Shown piece after piece: positions 22,730-32,920 of a stretch of 64,000 bases of DNA (positions are counted from its first letter, which is position 1; every line of letters begins with the position of its first letter). The position numbers and the translations under genes were made by a program. Source of the stretch: Lama guanicoe (lineage: Eukaryota); contig MU057202.1 of NCBI GenBank assembly GCA_013239625.1, forward strand, positions 3,299,101 through 3,363,100, given 5' to 3'. The notes under the pieces are model-generated. The model had not been told where the DNA came from. It saw only the letters and a list, made by a program, of their open reading frames with translations, and did no database searches.

Positions 22730-23446
22730 CTGTGGGCTGGCGGGGCTGTGGAGCCACTGGTGCTGGGCCCACCGCATGGCTGGTGGCCAAGCAGATGCCA
22801 CCAGAGCCACAGCCATGGCTGCTGCCCCAGGACGAGGCTGCTGAGTAAGAGATGAGATCGTTACTGAGATAATCACACGACTGCTGCGTGTCCACTGGGC
22901 GCTGTGCTAAACGTTTCCCGTGCAGAGACCCAGGGCCGGCATTCAAGGCTGTGCTGGTTGATACGCTCGTGAAACAGTCCCACCTCCGGTGGTAAATACC
23001 CATGCCCTGAGCCTCTTGTGCACCCTGCCCCCCAGGCCTCTCAGGTTCCCAGCGAGCAAAGACCGGATGCTGGGAACAGGGCCCTGGGACCCTGATGCCG
23101 CAGTGAGGCCCGGGTGGACAGCACCGCTGCTGGCACTCTGGTTGCCTCCCCTGCACCGGCCTGCCCCCCAGTGTGCTGTTGTCACCTCCACTTGAAGGAC
23201 GAGAAATCAGGGGCTCAGGGGGAAGGAGCACACAGCACGCACACCATGAACCAGCTTCTCCTGCAGCCTGCTCGTGCTCACCACTGTCCCAAATGGCCCC
23301 ACCTGCACCCATTCTGGTGGGGGTTGGGGGGATGTCTGTGAGGGGGACGTCCAGTGCGGGGGGCGGGTGCTGTGCCTGCACCCACACCTCTCCCACGTCC
23401 CCCATCTCTGGCAAACCGGCCCCTCCCATCCCAGGAGACCTCGTAC

Positions 23447-23886
23447 CTGCTTCCTGGGAGAAGGGAAGCCTCTGGCCCGGGGGCAGCTGCCGGTCACGTC
23501 CCCACCAGGCCTGCGGGGCTGCCTCTCCCAGGCTCCTGCCTCCCACCGGGCCTCTCTGCCCGCATGCTGGCACCTGTGCTGGGGCAAGTGGGCGGGGGGA
23601 ACCACGGAATAAGATCCTTGCCATGAGCCCGTAGAGGGCGGTGGCCACTAGCAGGGGCGTGACAAAGAAGACCGTGAAGTCCAGCAGGTAGATGGGCAGG
23701 CAAAGGCCGCGGGACACCGTGTAGCTGCACCACAGGCCCCGGTCCCCGTCCACATCGAGGTCCACCAAGAAGAACCAGAGCAGGCAGTAGGTGGACGTGG
23801 CCCCCTAGACGCCTGCCATGATGCGCTTGGCCTGCGCCAAGGTGCACACGGTATGTGCCCTCATCCGGTGGCAGATGGCGATGTAC
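23447..23886 (-). pseudogene. TRHR2: TRHR2 pseudo-exon B (ERY tyrosine to ICL3)
   Basis: Acceptor cccgcag|G TAC ATC GCC and donor AAG CAG|gtacga are both intact. TAG at W4.50 (23807-23805). Length 440 nt implies a net +1 frameshift, located in ICL3. Confidence 0.9.
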
Positions 23887-24452
23887 CTGCGGGCCACAGG
23901 GTCATGTGACCCACCCACCTGCCCATGTGATTGGGCCACGGTGGGGACACTGACCCCGCTCGGCCAATCAGATTCCCCGCTGGGGACCAAATGTGGCCTC
24001 GATGGTTGAACTGGCCCTTTTATAGGGACCTGGAGGGCCATGACCATCTGGGAAGCGAGGTGGCCATGCTGAGGGAGACTCGGGCTGCAGAACACAAGGA
24101 GCCAGTCTTGAGAGGAGAGGGCAGAAGGTGAATCGGAAGAGCAGAGCTTGTCTGCCTCTCGGGGGTACAGATCAGAGCCAGAAGAGCCCCGAGAGGGTGC
24201 CCAGTCCACTGCCCACATTCCGGGCAGGGAAACTGAGCCCAGAGAAGTGCAGGGTGCCTTGGCATCCAGCAGCAAGTCAGCAGCTGTGGTGAGACGACAA
24301 CCTGCTTCCTGGTGCCTGCCCCCTCGCCCACCCTGGATGCCAGTTTACTCCAGGGTCCCACAGGCTCCCCCCCATAAATGGGGAGCAGCCTCAGTTTACC
24401 AAGGATCACGGCCAGGAAGCCCTGGCATGCAGGAGGGGCCGGGAGCGCCGAT

Positions 24453-24787
24453 CTCTCCACGGTGAACTCCAGGACGGAGCAAGAGGAGGCACTGATGCCC
24501 AGGAAGCCAGTGTAGCCACAGACCCACTGCCCAGCCAAGCTGTGGGAGACGATGGGCAGCCCTGCAGCCACCAGTACGGCAAGGTCAGCCAGGGCCAGGC
24601 GAGCCAGGTAGCAGTCGGTGGGTGTGTGTATGTCCTATGTGGTCAGCACCACCAGGACCACCACGGCATTGCCCGCAATGCCCACAGCACACACGAGGAG
24701 CAACAGGAAGACCGAGGCCACCTTGTACACGACAGGGCTTGGGACAGTGTCCCTGCAAGCCAGGGGCACCTTGCTGGGTGTTTCCCG
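24453..24787 (-). pseudogene. TRHR2: TRHR2 pseudo-exon A (N-terminus to TM3/ER)
   Basis: No ATG at the expected start (CGG at 24787-24785); TAG at 24637-24635; ~8-codon TM3 deletion; exon ends GAG AG followed by AT rather than GT. Confidence 0.88.
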
Positions 24788-25714
24788 GCCTCTTCCTGAT
24801 TTCTGTGTTGGCTGTGCAGGCACTGGAGGGGGAGGGGCTCCAGGAGGCATCCACTGCCCGCGGCCGGGCCTCCGTGAACACCGGCCTGCTCTGAGAGCCT
24901 GGCCCCGGGGACACGCAGGAACCCGGCACTTGGGACGGGACTGCTCAGTCAGGTTGAGAGAGGACCAGGAGTGCCCGTTCTGGGCTCTGCTGTAAATAGT
25001 GTCTGCGAGTCAGCCACTCTGCAAGCCTCAGTCTCCTGGTGCGTAAACACAGACAACGGTCGGACCTAAGCCGTGAGCTCGCGGGGAGGCTGAACCCGGA
25101 AGAACGCCCGGCGAGCCCTGGCCCAGCTGCCCTTTGTCGTTAGGATGCCGCACAGCATCTCCAAGCCCAGCTAGCTCAGCTGTGAAACGGGAGAACTGAG
25201 GCACCGGCTTCTCGGGGACGTGGCGAGATTCCCACGAAACGGCGGGGCCTGGAAAGTTCTGGGCCTGGAGGCTGGTTCTGGGCCCATGTCTGCTATTACT
25301 GGTAACATTAAGGCTTCAGTCATGCGGGGCCTGTTTCCCCAGCTGCCGGCAGCTGTGTGAACTGAGTGAGACGGAAGTGCCCGGGGGCCCCGGGAGCCCC
25401 AGGCCTCGGCCCCTACAGGCTCTGCTCCTGATCCGGGAAGAGCCAGCCAGCCTCCCACCTGTCGTGGTTCCCGCGCGGTCCCACACCACGCACAACCCAC
25501 CCCTCTGCCCTCTGACCCTGCTGGTGTCACTGGCCAGAAGGACCACATGCCAGCTCCCTCAGAGCCTGGACTCCCACCTCCGCAGCTACGCCCCCCATCA
25601 GCTGCACGGACCCAGGTCCCGAGCAGAGCCGAGGCCCCTGCAGCGCGGCGGAAGCGGCGCCCCCTGCAGCTCCCACGAGTCAGGGCAGGGCTGGGAGAGA
25701 AGCGGTGGCCCCAG

Positions 25715-26125
25715 GACACAGACCACACACCTGTGCACACACACAACACACACACAATACACACAAAACACAACATGCCATAATACACACATAGCACAAC
25801 TCCCTGTGCACACCAACATGTGGAAACACACCACTCACAAACCCACACCCCCCTCCCTGCACAGCACACCCAACACACCCAGCCGTGCACAGACACATGC
25901 AGACCCCGACACACACGTGGGCACCCCACACACACCTGTACCCACATGCAGGGACCCAAACGCACACACATAAATGCACATCACAACTCGCCCACACCCC
26001 CACAACACGGGTGTCTGCTGTAACCACAGACACGCACCGTCCACACTCACACGCCCAGGTGCACTAGGATGCAGAACACACCACACACCTGTGCCCACAG
26101 CGCCTGCAGGCACTCCCCACACTTG
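25715..26125. repeat. Degenerate CA-rich low-complexity tract
   Basis: Dense acacac/cacac runs over ~400 bp. Confidence 0.85.
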
Positions 26126-27444
26126 GTCCACGTGGCCTGTGGCCCCTCACTCTCCTGAAAATGAGCCACCCTCCTGTTTAGCTGGAGGAGACAATTGCCC
26201 CAGGGTCCCAGCAGCCGCTGTGAACTCCAATTCCCTCCAAGGGCTCCAATTCCCTTCTGCTGCTGGAGGCCCATGGCCCGGGGAACAGAACCCAGCAGCC
26301 TCCCTACCTGCTGTGCAAGCCCCTTGCAGCAGGGGGGGCGCTCACCCATCCCTGCCCCTTGGCATCTCTGGGACCCTCCCCTCCCCACCTCCCTCTTCCC
26401 TCCTGCCTGCATGCGAGCCTTTCTCCACAAGACGTTCCACCAGGCAGGCAGCTGGGACCATCGTCTCCCAGCCCAGCCCCCAGGAGAAACTTGGCAGCAC
26501 TGAGAACTTACTGGCGAAGCCTCAATGCCTTCTTCCTCCTCCCAGAGGGAGACAGAGAGAGAGGAAAGGCGATCCCACAGGCAAGGCTCTTGGTCCTGCA
26601 GCTGCAAGGCCGCACACGTATGTACATACGTGCCGGGAGCTCGCACACCCAGACACGGGGCCCCGCAGCTTCTCCCCGCTCTGCCACGCCCCTCCGCCCA
26701 CACCGCGGGGCCCAGCGCCTGCCGATGCAGCTGCCCCAGCAGGACGCCCCGTGAGAAGAAGGCCCAGGACCGCAGCACCCCCTGCCTCCCCCAGGCCACG
26801 AGTTCGGCAGGCTGGGAAGGACCGGGCTAGCCAGCCGAGCCCTCCGGGCCGGACGGGAGGGGGCAGAGACCCAGGGCAAAGGTGGGGAGGGTGCGGACCA
26901 GTCCCCCTACCCATGAGTGGCCAGGCTGGGATTACCTGGTGGCTGCTGGGTGTCTGGAATCTGGAAGGGACTCTGGTGTGGGGGCCGCTCCGAGGACACT
27001 CCACCGCGATCTGGAGGGGAAGGGACTCCAAGCGCCTCCGCAGCACGTGCCAGCAGGGAGACGGGGCTCAGGACGTGTGTGGCGGCTCAAGAGAAGGGGC
27101 CCGGGCCTCGAGGCTCCAGGGAGCAGGGCTGCCCCACCCTTCCTGCTGGGGTGGGGCTGCTGTGTACCCATGAGGGCTAGCCTTTGGGAAGAGACCCTGA
27201 AGGGGCCCCTCAGCAGGAATGTCCCCAAATTGTCTCCCCCAAATGGCCAGGGGCCTGGCTCCTCAGAGGCATTTAAAACGCAGATTCCAGGCCAGGCTGT
27301 GTGTCACAGGCATGCACCCCAGGACCCGGGAGGGACCCGTAAGCATGCAGGTTCCTGACCACTGAATTGAATATCTAGGAGCAGGCCCTTGAACGCGTGT
27401 TGTAGTGGCTTTCTCTCCCAGGAAGGCCAACACCTGCTGTCTTT

Positions 27445-27870
27445 CTGATTTTTACATTTTTATTTTGGAACAGAATACATTCAGAGAAAGGCACACAGAA
27501 CATGAAGGAAGGTTGGTGAATAAAGTGTGCACGCAGTTACCACCCCCACCCTGGCTGGCTTCCACTGCTGTGCCATCCGGGAGCCTCTGTAACCAGATCC
27601 ACACGTGATGGCGTCCTGCTCACTCCACTGAGGTCAGCAGGTGGAGAGTCACCCTGGCCGTGGGTGCAGTAGCTCACCGTTCCCTCAGCTGTGTGACTCT
27701 CCCCTAGAGGACTGGACCGCAGTGTGTCCATGCACTACAGGCTGTCGATGGACTTGGGGGGGGTCTCAGCTTGGGGGAATCACAGCCACCACTGCTGTGG
27801 ACACTCCTGTCCAAGAGTCCTGGCTGAGTGCATTTTCATCAGCTTGATCCAGAAAGTAGGATTTCCGGGA
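27445..27870 (-). mobile_element. Old L1 3' end fragment
   Basis: ttttattttggaa..atacattcagagaaag-gcaca; later gttgatggac-ttggg..cagc-ttggg..ctgctgtggacactcctgt, typical of antisense L1M 3' UTR. Confidence 0.55.
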
Positions 27871-28764
27871 CCTGGCTGGACTCAGGACCACAAAGATGAG
27901 TGGAGAAGGGGGAGGACCGGTGGGGAGGGCAAAGGGTGACAGAAGAGACGGCACACTTGGCAGGCTGTGGTCTCCACTGCCCCCAACAAGCACCCCAGCC
28001 CCCACAGGGCTCCCCGGAGCACTGGGAGGGCCTGAGGGGCTCAGCGGTGCCTGGTGGACAGAGGGTTGCCCTGTCTCTCCCCTTCTGCTGCTGCCACGCC
28101 CAGCCCACCTCTGGCTCCTCTCCTGCCTCCTCTAGGATGGCCCTCCCCCAGGAATTCAGCTCCCAGGACAGCCCCCAACTGCGGTCCTCCTGGCTGGTGC
28201 TGAAGCCACCCAGCTGGGACTAGTACCCGTCTTTGATCTCACACTTCCCTCGTCCTCCAGGCCCTCCTCCTCTCTCAGACAGAAAAGACGGCCAGAGGGG
28301 AAAAGGCATCGCTGACCAGCACCTACATAGGGAGTGCCTCCTCCACCTTGAGTTCTCACGTACTAACTTGCCTGTGGACAGTCCCCATCGCACAGAGTTT
28401 CTTGCGTCCCCACCCCCTGGTGCCCCAGGTGCAGCCAGCCTCCTCCGCCACTTTCGTTCCTAGTGAGACAGCTCTCTGACGATTTAGCTGTCCACTCAGA
28501 GAGGAAAGGACTCGGTGCTGTGTCCCCACAGCAGAAAGTCTAGCCATTAAAACTGACGTCGTAGGAGCAATCAATCGACACAGAAAGACGTTCGCAGCGC
28601 GACGAGCTAACGGCGGGCTCTGACTGGCGGGTAAGTGCTCTTTCTCGTTTGCGAAATGTGTTCAAGTCTCACAGCAACCGTCCACCAGGAGCTTAGCAAG
28701 TGGCCCGCGTGGGGCACAGCCCTCGGCCTCTCGTGGCAGTCACAGCCCTCCCCTCCTGGAGGCC

Positions 28765-28880
28765 ACTGTTACTGTTGCCAATTTTCAGAACAGAAAGCAG
28801 AGTCTCACAGAGGCAAGGAAGCTTCTCAAAGCACACAGCTAGTCAACGACAGAGCTGGGCTTTGAACCCAGATCCCTCCT
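28765..28880 (-). mobile_element. MIR fragment
   Basis: Core-like ccaattttcaga..agaaa-cagagtctcacagagg..cacacagctagt..cagagctgggctttgaacccag. Confidence 0.65.
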
Positions 28881-30269
28881 TCTACAAAGTAGGTGTCCTC
28901 GACCACAGGCTGGACAGCCACTCCTGTCCCTGCGACCGCAGAGTCACCGAGAGGACAGGGACACACCCAGATCCTGGGCCACCTTATTTTCTATGTCTGC
29001 ATTAGTAAATGTGGATTGATTCTGCAGTTAGAAAGTGTGCGGAGATGCCCCACAGAAGGGCCACCTGCATCACGGGGTCCTTCCCACACTCGGTCCCCAA
29101 GGCCGCGAACCCTGCGGCAGGCGGGTGGGGTTCCTAGCGGCTGTCTTGGAGCCTGAGCACCACAGGCAACTTGTTTTCCGAGACAGGAAGCTGTTGGTTG
29201 CACCTCGGCGTGGCACATGGGCCCCGTGGGCTCTACTGGTGGCCAAGGTGCAGGAGGGTGTCAGGGTGTGAAAGTGCCGTGTGCAAGCTGTCACCGTGGG
29301 AAGAAGTCTCCGGCTGCTGCTAAAGGCTGCGAGGGGGGAGCTGGGCTGCCCTTCGCCCCTTAGTTCCACATCCATTCACTCATTCATTCACTCACCAGAA
29401 CCAGCGTGTGGAGGCGCTGCCGAGTGCCAGGGCGGCAAAAACACACGAAGCCCAAAACCTCCAGTGAGGGGTCCTGGGAGTCCCTCCCCAGCCTCCTGGG
29501 GGCCTGCAGACCTCGTCAGACAAGCGGAGGCAGGTGGCCACTGCTCTGCGGGGCGTAAGAGTGGCCCCGAACGTCTCCAGGGAGGGAAGGAGGCCGGGTG
29601 GGATCAGTGCTGGGACCCCTCGGAGGTCGGGATGGAGCCTGGAGGGGACAGGCGTCCCACGGGGGTCAACACCCCTAACGGTGGAGCCCACCCCTCTGCA
29701 GCCTCTCACTGCATCTGGGTAGGGGCTGTGATGTGAGTGGCAGTTTGGATGAAGGGGTGTGTGTGTGCACGAGCTGGTGCCCTCCCGTGCCCCTCACCAC
29801 TCGACCGGGAGCAAGTGCAGGGACAGATGGCTTGTGGAAGTCCAGAAGCGTGAGGCCCACCCGGCCCGGGGCCGCAGAACCCTGGGCTGGCGCGCCCTCT
29901 GGTGACAGCCGCAGACAGCAGTGGAGGCTGGTGGGCATTGGGCCGCTTGGAGAGGTGAGTCCTCTGGTGGATTCGTCCTGCATACTCACTTCCCAAGCGC
30001 GGCTTTCAGTCAAAAGCCCTTGTGTCGAGCTCACCTGTGTTAACGACAACCACAAAAGCTGGGCAAAACCATCAAGACACACACGTTGAAGCACTTGGGG
30101 GCCGGCTGGGAAAGCCCTGGGGAAGGCAGGGGACAAAGTGAGCCCCACACCACTCTGGCCTTGGGGACAGAAGCAGGAGGCACAGCCTTGCTGAGCTGAG
30201 GAGACGAGGCTCAACAGCTGGGGCTTAAGGGGAAGTGCCCGCCTGGGGAAGACCGCAGGGACCAGCAGA

Positions 30270-30375
30270 AAGCACCGGGGAGCTTAAACAACTCACACTA
30301 ACTTCTCATGGCTGTGGTGGGTGGGAGTCCGGGGTCAGGGTGCCAGCGTGGCCGGGCTCTGCTGAGAGCCCCTCC
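30270..30375 (+). mobile_element. MaLR (MLT1-like) LTR fragment
   Basis: gcttaaacaac..ttctcatggctgtgg..gggagtcc..tcagggtgccagc..ctgagagcc. Confidence 0.5.
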
Positions 30376-30810
30376 CCCTTCTGTGTCCCACCGGGGCTGG
30401 CATCTGGTGTCTCCTCTTTTACAGACGTCGCCCTTTCATAGGGCTGAACAGCATTCTGCTTCATGCACGGACCACAGTCTGTTGATTCACCGTCTGCTGA
30501 AGGACATCCAGGCTGTTTTCACTCCGCGGCTGTTGTCAATAACACTGCTGGAACGTTCCCGTACAGGGTTTCATTGCTCTGGGGGTGGCATGGCCGGGTC
30601 ATGGGTTAGCTCTGTCTACGCGCTCATTTCTTCCCTTGCTCATACGGATAACACGGGCAAGTATGCGGGAGCCCAGTCAACTCCTCTGTGTGCAGACACT
30701 TGCCTTAGTGGGCTGGATGGGGCGGGCTGCCCTGAGGAGGGGATCTTCTTTGTGCTCACTGCGGGCTCTCTGGAGCAGAGAGATGGGGCTCTCAAACCCC
30801 TAGGTACCCC

Positions 30811-30930
30811 CAGGGCCAGCCACAGAATTTGCAGGGTCCAGTGCAAGATGAAAACACGGGCCCTTGTTCAAAAATGACCAAGAGTTTTAAGGCAAGGAAA
30901 GCAAGGTGTTCGACCAAGCCCGGGTCCCTC
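30811..30930 (+). mobile_element. MER45-like DNA transposon fragment
   Basis: cagggccagccacagaatttgcagggtccagtgcaagatgaaaacacgggcccttgttcaaaa resembles the MER45 5' end as recalled. Confidence 0.55.
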
Positions 30931-31130
30931 TAGTGTGGGTCCCTCCTCCAGCAGGGAGATTCTGAGCCTCTGTGGGACGGTTCTGTGAGGCCGTGAAGGC
31001 TTCAAACACGCCCCAAATGCCACAGGACGTCCTTCTGGTCAAGGAAAGGTGACTTTGTGTTAAGCTGATCACGTTTAGCAAGATGCGGAGTTGTTTATTC
31101 CCACAGAAATGGTTTAAAATGTTAAGCTTC

Positions 31131-31245
31131 GGAGTGTAAGACAGGCTCAAGGATGCATTGTACGACATGGGGAATATAGCCAATATTTTGTAATAACTAA
31201 ATGGCAAATAACTTAAAATTGTGTAAAAAATGTTTTTTAAAATTT
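31131..31245 (+). mobile_element. 5'-truncated L1 3' terminus
   Basis: gtgtaagacaggctcaaggatgcattgtacgacatggggaatatagccaatattttgtaataact..aaaattgtgtaaaaaa is a recognisable L1 3' end with an A-rich tail. Confidence 0.75.
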
Positions 31246-31336
31246 TAACTCAAAAACGCTTTAAGCTTTGATATTTAAACTCAGTATCTCAAAAATGATT
31301 AAGCTTTATGCTGCGCTGGTTATTTTTTAAGAAAGC

Positions 31337-31683
31337 TGTGTAAAATAAATTCAGCTGAGTTAATCTGAAGATCTAATTAGCTTTATTCAACAATTTATGA
31401 ACCAGAAAGCATCCCACCTAGCACGTGGAAAGGCCTCTAGGAGCTGTGCAAAGCCGAGGTTCTCACAGGCGCTAGGAGGGCCATTGTTCAGACAAAGTCA
31501 CCTTCCCCGGGGGGACAGCAGGCAGGGGCTCTTAGGCAGATCACCTCCTTGGTGCTGACCAGAAAGTTCCAGGATGATGGGGTTTCAGTTTCCACCCCTG
31601 GGAGAGGCTGAAACTTCCATCAGATGAGCTGTTAAGTCTTGGTGGAGTTAGTGACTCCGCTTTGGGCCTATTGTTTCTTAACA
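31337..31683 (-). mobile_element. Solo LTR (ERV1-like), antisense
   Basis: ~350 bp bounded by TG...CA (tgtg..ttcttaaca); AATAAA on the minus strand (tttatt at ~31382); composition differs from the AT-rich flanking array. Confidence 0.65.
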
Positions 31684-31974
31684 TTGGCGACAGTTAAAAA
31701 TGTTTAAGCTCTGACATTTAAACTCAGCATCTCAAAAAAATGATAAGATTTTGTGTTGAACTGATTGTATTTGATAAAGTAAGAGCTATTTAGTCGCCCG
31801 GAAACAGTCTAAAATGCTTAGGCTTTGAGACTTAAACCTCAGTATCTCGAAAACAGTCAGTTTGTGTTGAACTGATACGTGGAATAGAGTGAGGAGCTAG
31901 CCAATCCCACGGGAACAGTTTAAAATGCTTCATCATTGATCTTTAAGCTCATTTCTCGAACAGGATTAACTCTT

Positions 31975-32920
31975 TGCTGGGCGCGCACGCCCCGTGGCGC
32001 GGGAGCTCCTCAGGCTCGCCGGAGAGATGAGCTCGGAGCCCCGGGATCGCGGGGTCCCGCCCGCAGCGCCAGTCGCCTGGCGCGAACCCGCGCTCGCCCG
32101 TCACGTGGCCGCGTGGCGCGGGCAGCCCTCCCCGCGGCTCATCGGGCGGTGCGCGCGCTCAGAGACCCGCCCCCCGGGGGGCGGGGCCGAAGGCGCGCCT
32201 ACGCCGTGGCGGGCTCGGGCGGGCGCGCGCCGCGGGGGCGGGGCCTCGCGGAGGCGGCAGCGAGGAGGCCGGAAGGAAGCAGGCGGAGGGCGGGGCGAGT
32301 CAAGGAAGCCCGCCGGGCCGCAGGACAACCGTCGCGGCCTGATGACGTCGCACAATGGCCGGCCCCCGAGGGTAGTGGAGCCCGTTTGTTCCGCCCGCGT
32401 CGCGCCTCAAGTCGGAGCCTGTGAGGAGCGGAAGGACCGAGGGACGTCTTCCCCGCACCGCCCCAACCCCCGCGGAGCCGTGGCCCCCCTCCCCGTCCTC
32501 GCGCTGAGGTAAGCGGTGGCGGCGGCTGGGAGGCCGGGTCGGCGGGAGGAGGAGGCCGAGGCGGCCGAGCGGGGAGCGTGGCGGCGGCGCGGAGCCGAGG
32601 CCCCGGAGCCTTGCCGCCTCCGCCTCCGGGGAGCGCTCCAGGCTGCCCACCGGCCGAAGCGTGGCTCTTGAGCCCCTGGAAGGGGAGGCCGACCCAGGCA
32701 CGATCCCGCTTCCCGTCCGCGACGACCTGGCCAGGGTCCCTGAAATCTCCTCAGCCCAAGCGCCCGGCGGCTACCTCCGCGTCCTGCCGTGGGGTTGATT
32801 CTCTCAAAGCTGTCATTCCTCTTCCGGGACATTCGCGTAGCGCTCTTTGCCGCCTACAAAGACGTGGGGCGGCAGAGGGAGGCGCGTGGATTCGTTCTCC
32901 GAGCTGGGGATAGGCTCTTC
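31975..32920 (+). promoter_or_regulatory. ZC3H18: ZC3H18 CpG-island promoter
   Basis: Very high CpG density; E-box CACGTG (32102-32107), GC boxes (e.g. ~32235), ETS CCGGAAG (~32269), CRE-like TGACGTCG (32343-32350); no TATA box. Confidence 0.9.
32270..32508 (+). other. ZC3H18: ZC3H18 non-coding first exon (5' UTR; start approximate)
   Basis: Strong donor GAG|gtaagc at 32508/32509 within the CpG island; the ATG lies in the next exon. Confidence 0.7.

Larger units (their letters stand above)
22420..24787 (-). pseudogene. TRHR2: TRHR2 (thyrotropin-releasing hormone receptor 2) unitary pseudogene, three coding-exon remnants
   Basis: Class A GPCR sequence colinear with rodent TRH-R2 as I recall it: [51 protein letters not shown]; FTVER/YIAICH..AKRIMAGV*; LPIYLLDFTVFFVTPL; SPRKQ; DPWVLLFCRT*VYTNS. 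Introns are retained and the position between ZFPM1 and ZC3H18 matches mouse Trhr2. Multiple stops, deletions and a frameshift. Confidence 0.93.
31050..31975. repeat. Degenerate ~110-115 bp AT-rich tandem array (about 5 units), interrupted by L1 and LTR insertions
   Basis: Recurring core AAAATGyTTAAGCT..ATTTAAACTCAGyATCTCrAAAA..TTTGTGTTGAACTGAT at ~31115, 31252, 31695, 31810 and 31921; uninterrupted spacings are 115 and 111 bp. Confidence 0.8.

Noticed and set aside
22233-23768. 511-aa minus-strand ORF as an intact gene
   Set aside because: Only its first ~55 residues are TRHR2 ECL2/TM5; the rest is out-of-frame exon and intron read-through in GC-rich DNA.
25171-27173. Cys/Val-rich 266-aa and Pro-rich 399-aa ORFs
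   Set aside because: Translations of the CA-rich low-complexity tract and GC-rich flank; no domain or splice structure.
31050-31975. CRISPR-like repeat-spacer array
   Set aside because: Eukaryotic context, degenerate whole-unit tandem similarity rather than identical repeats with unique spacers, and no cas genes.
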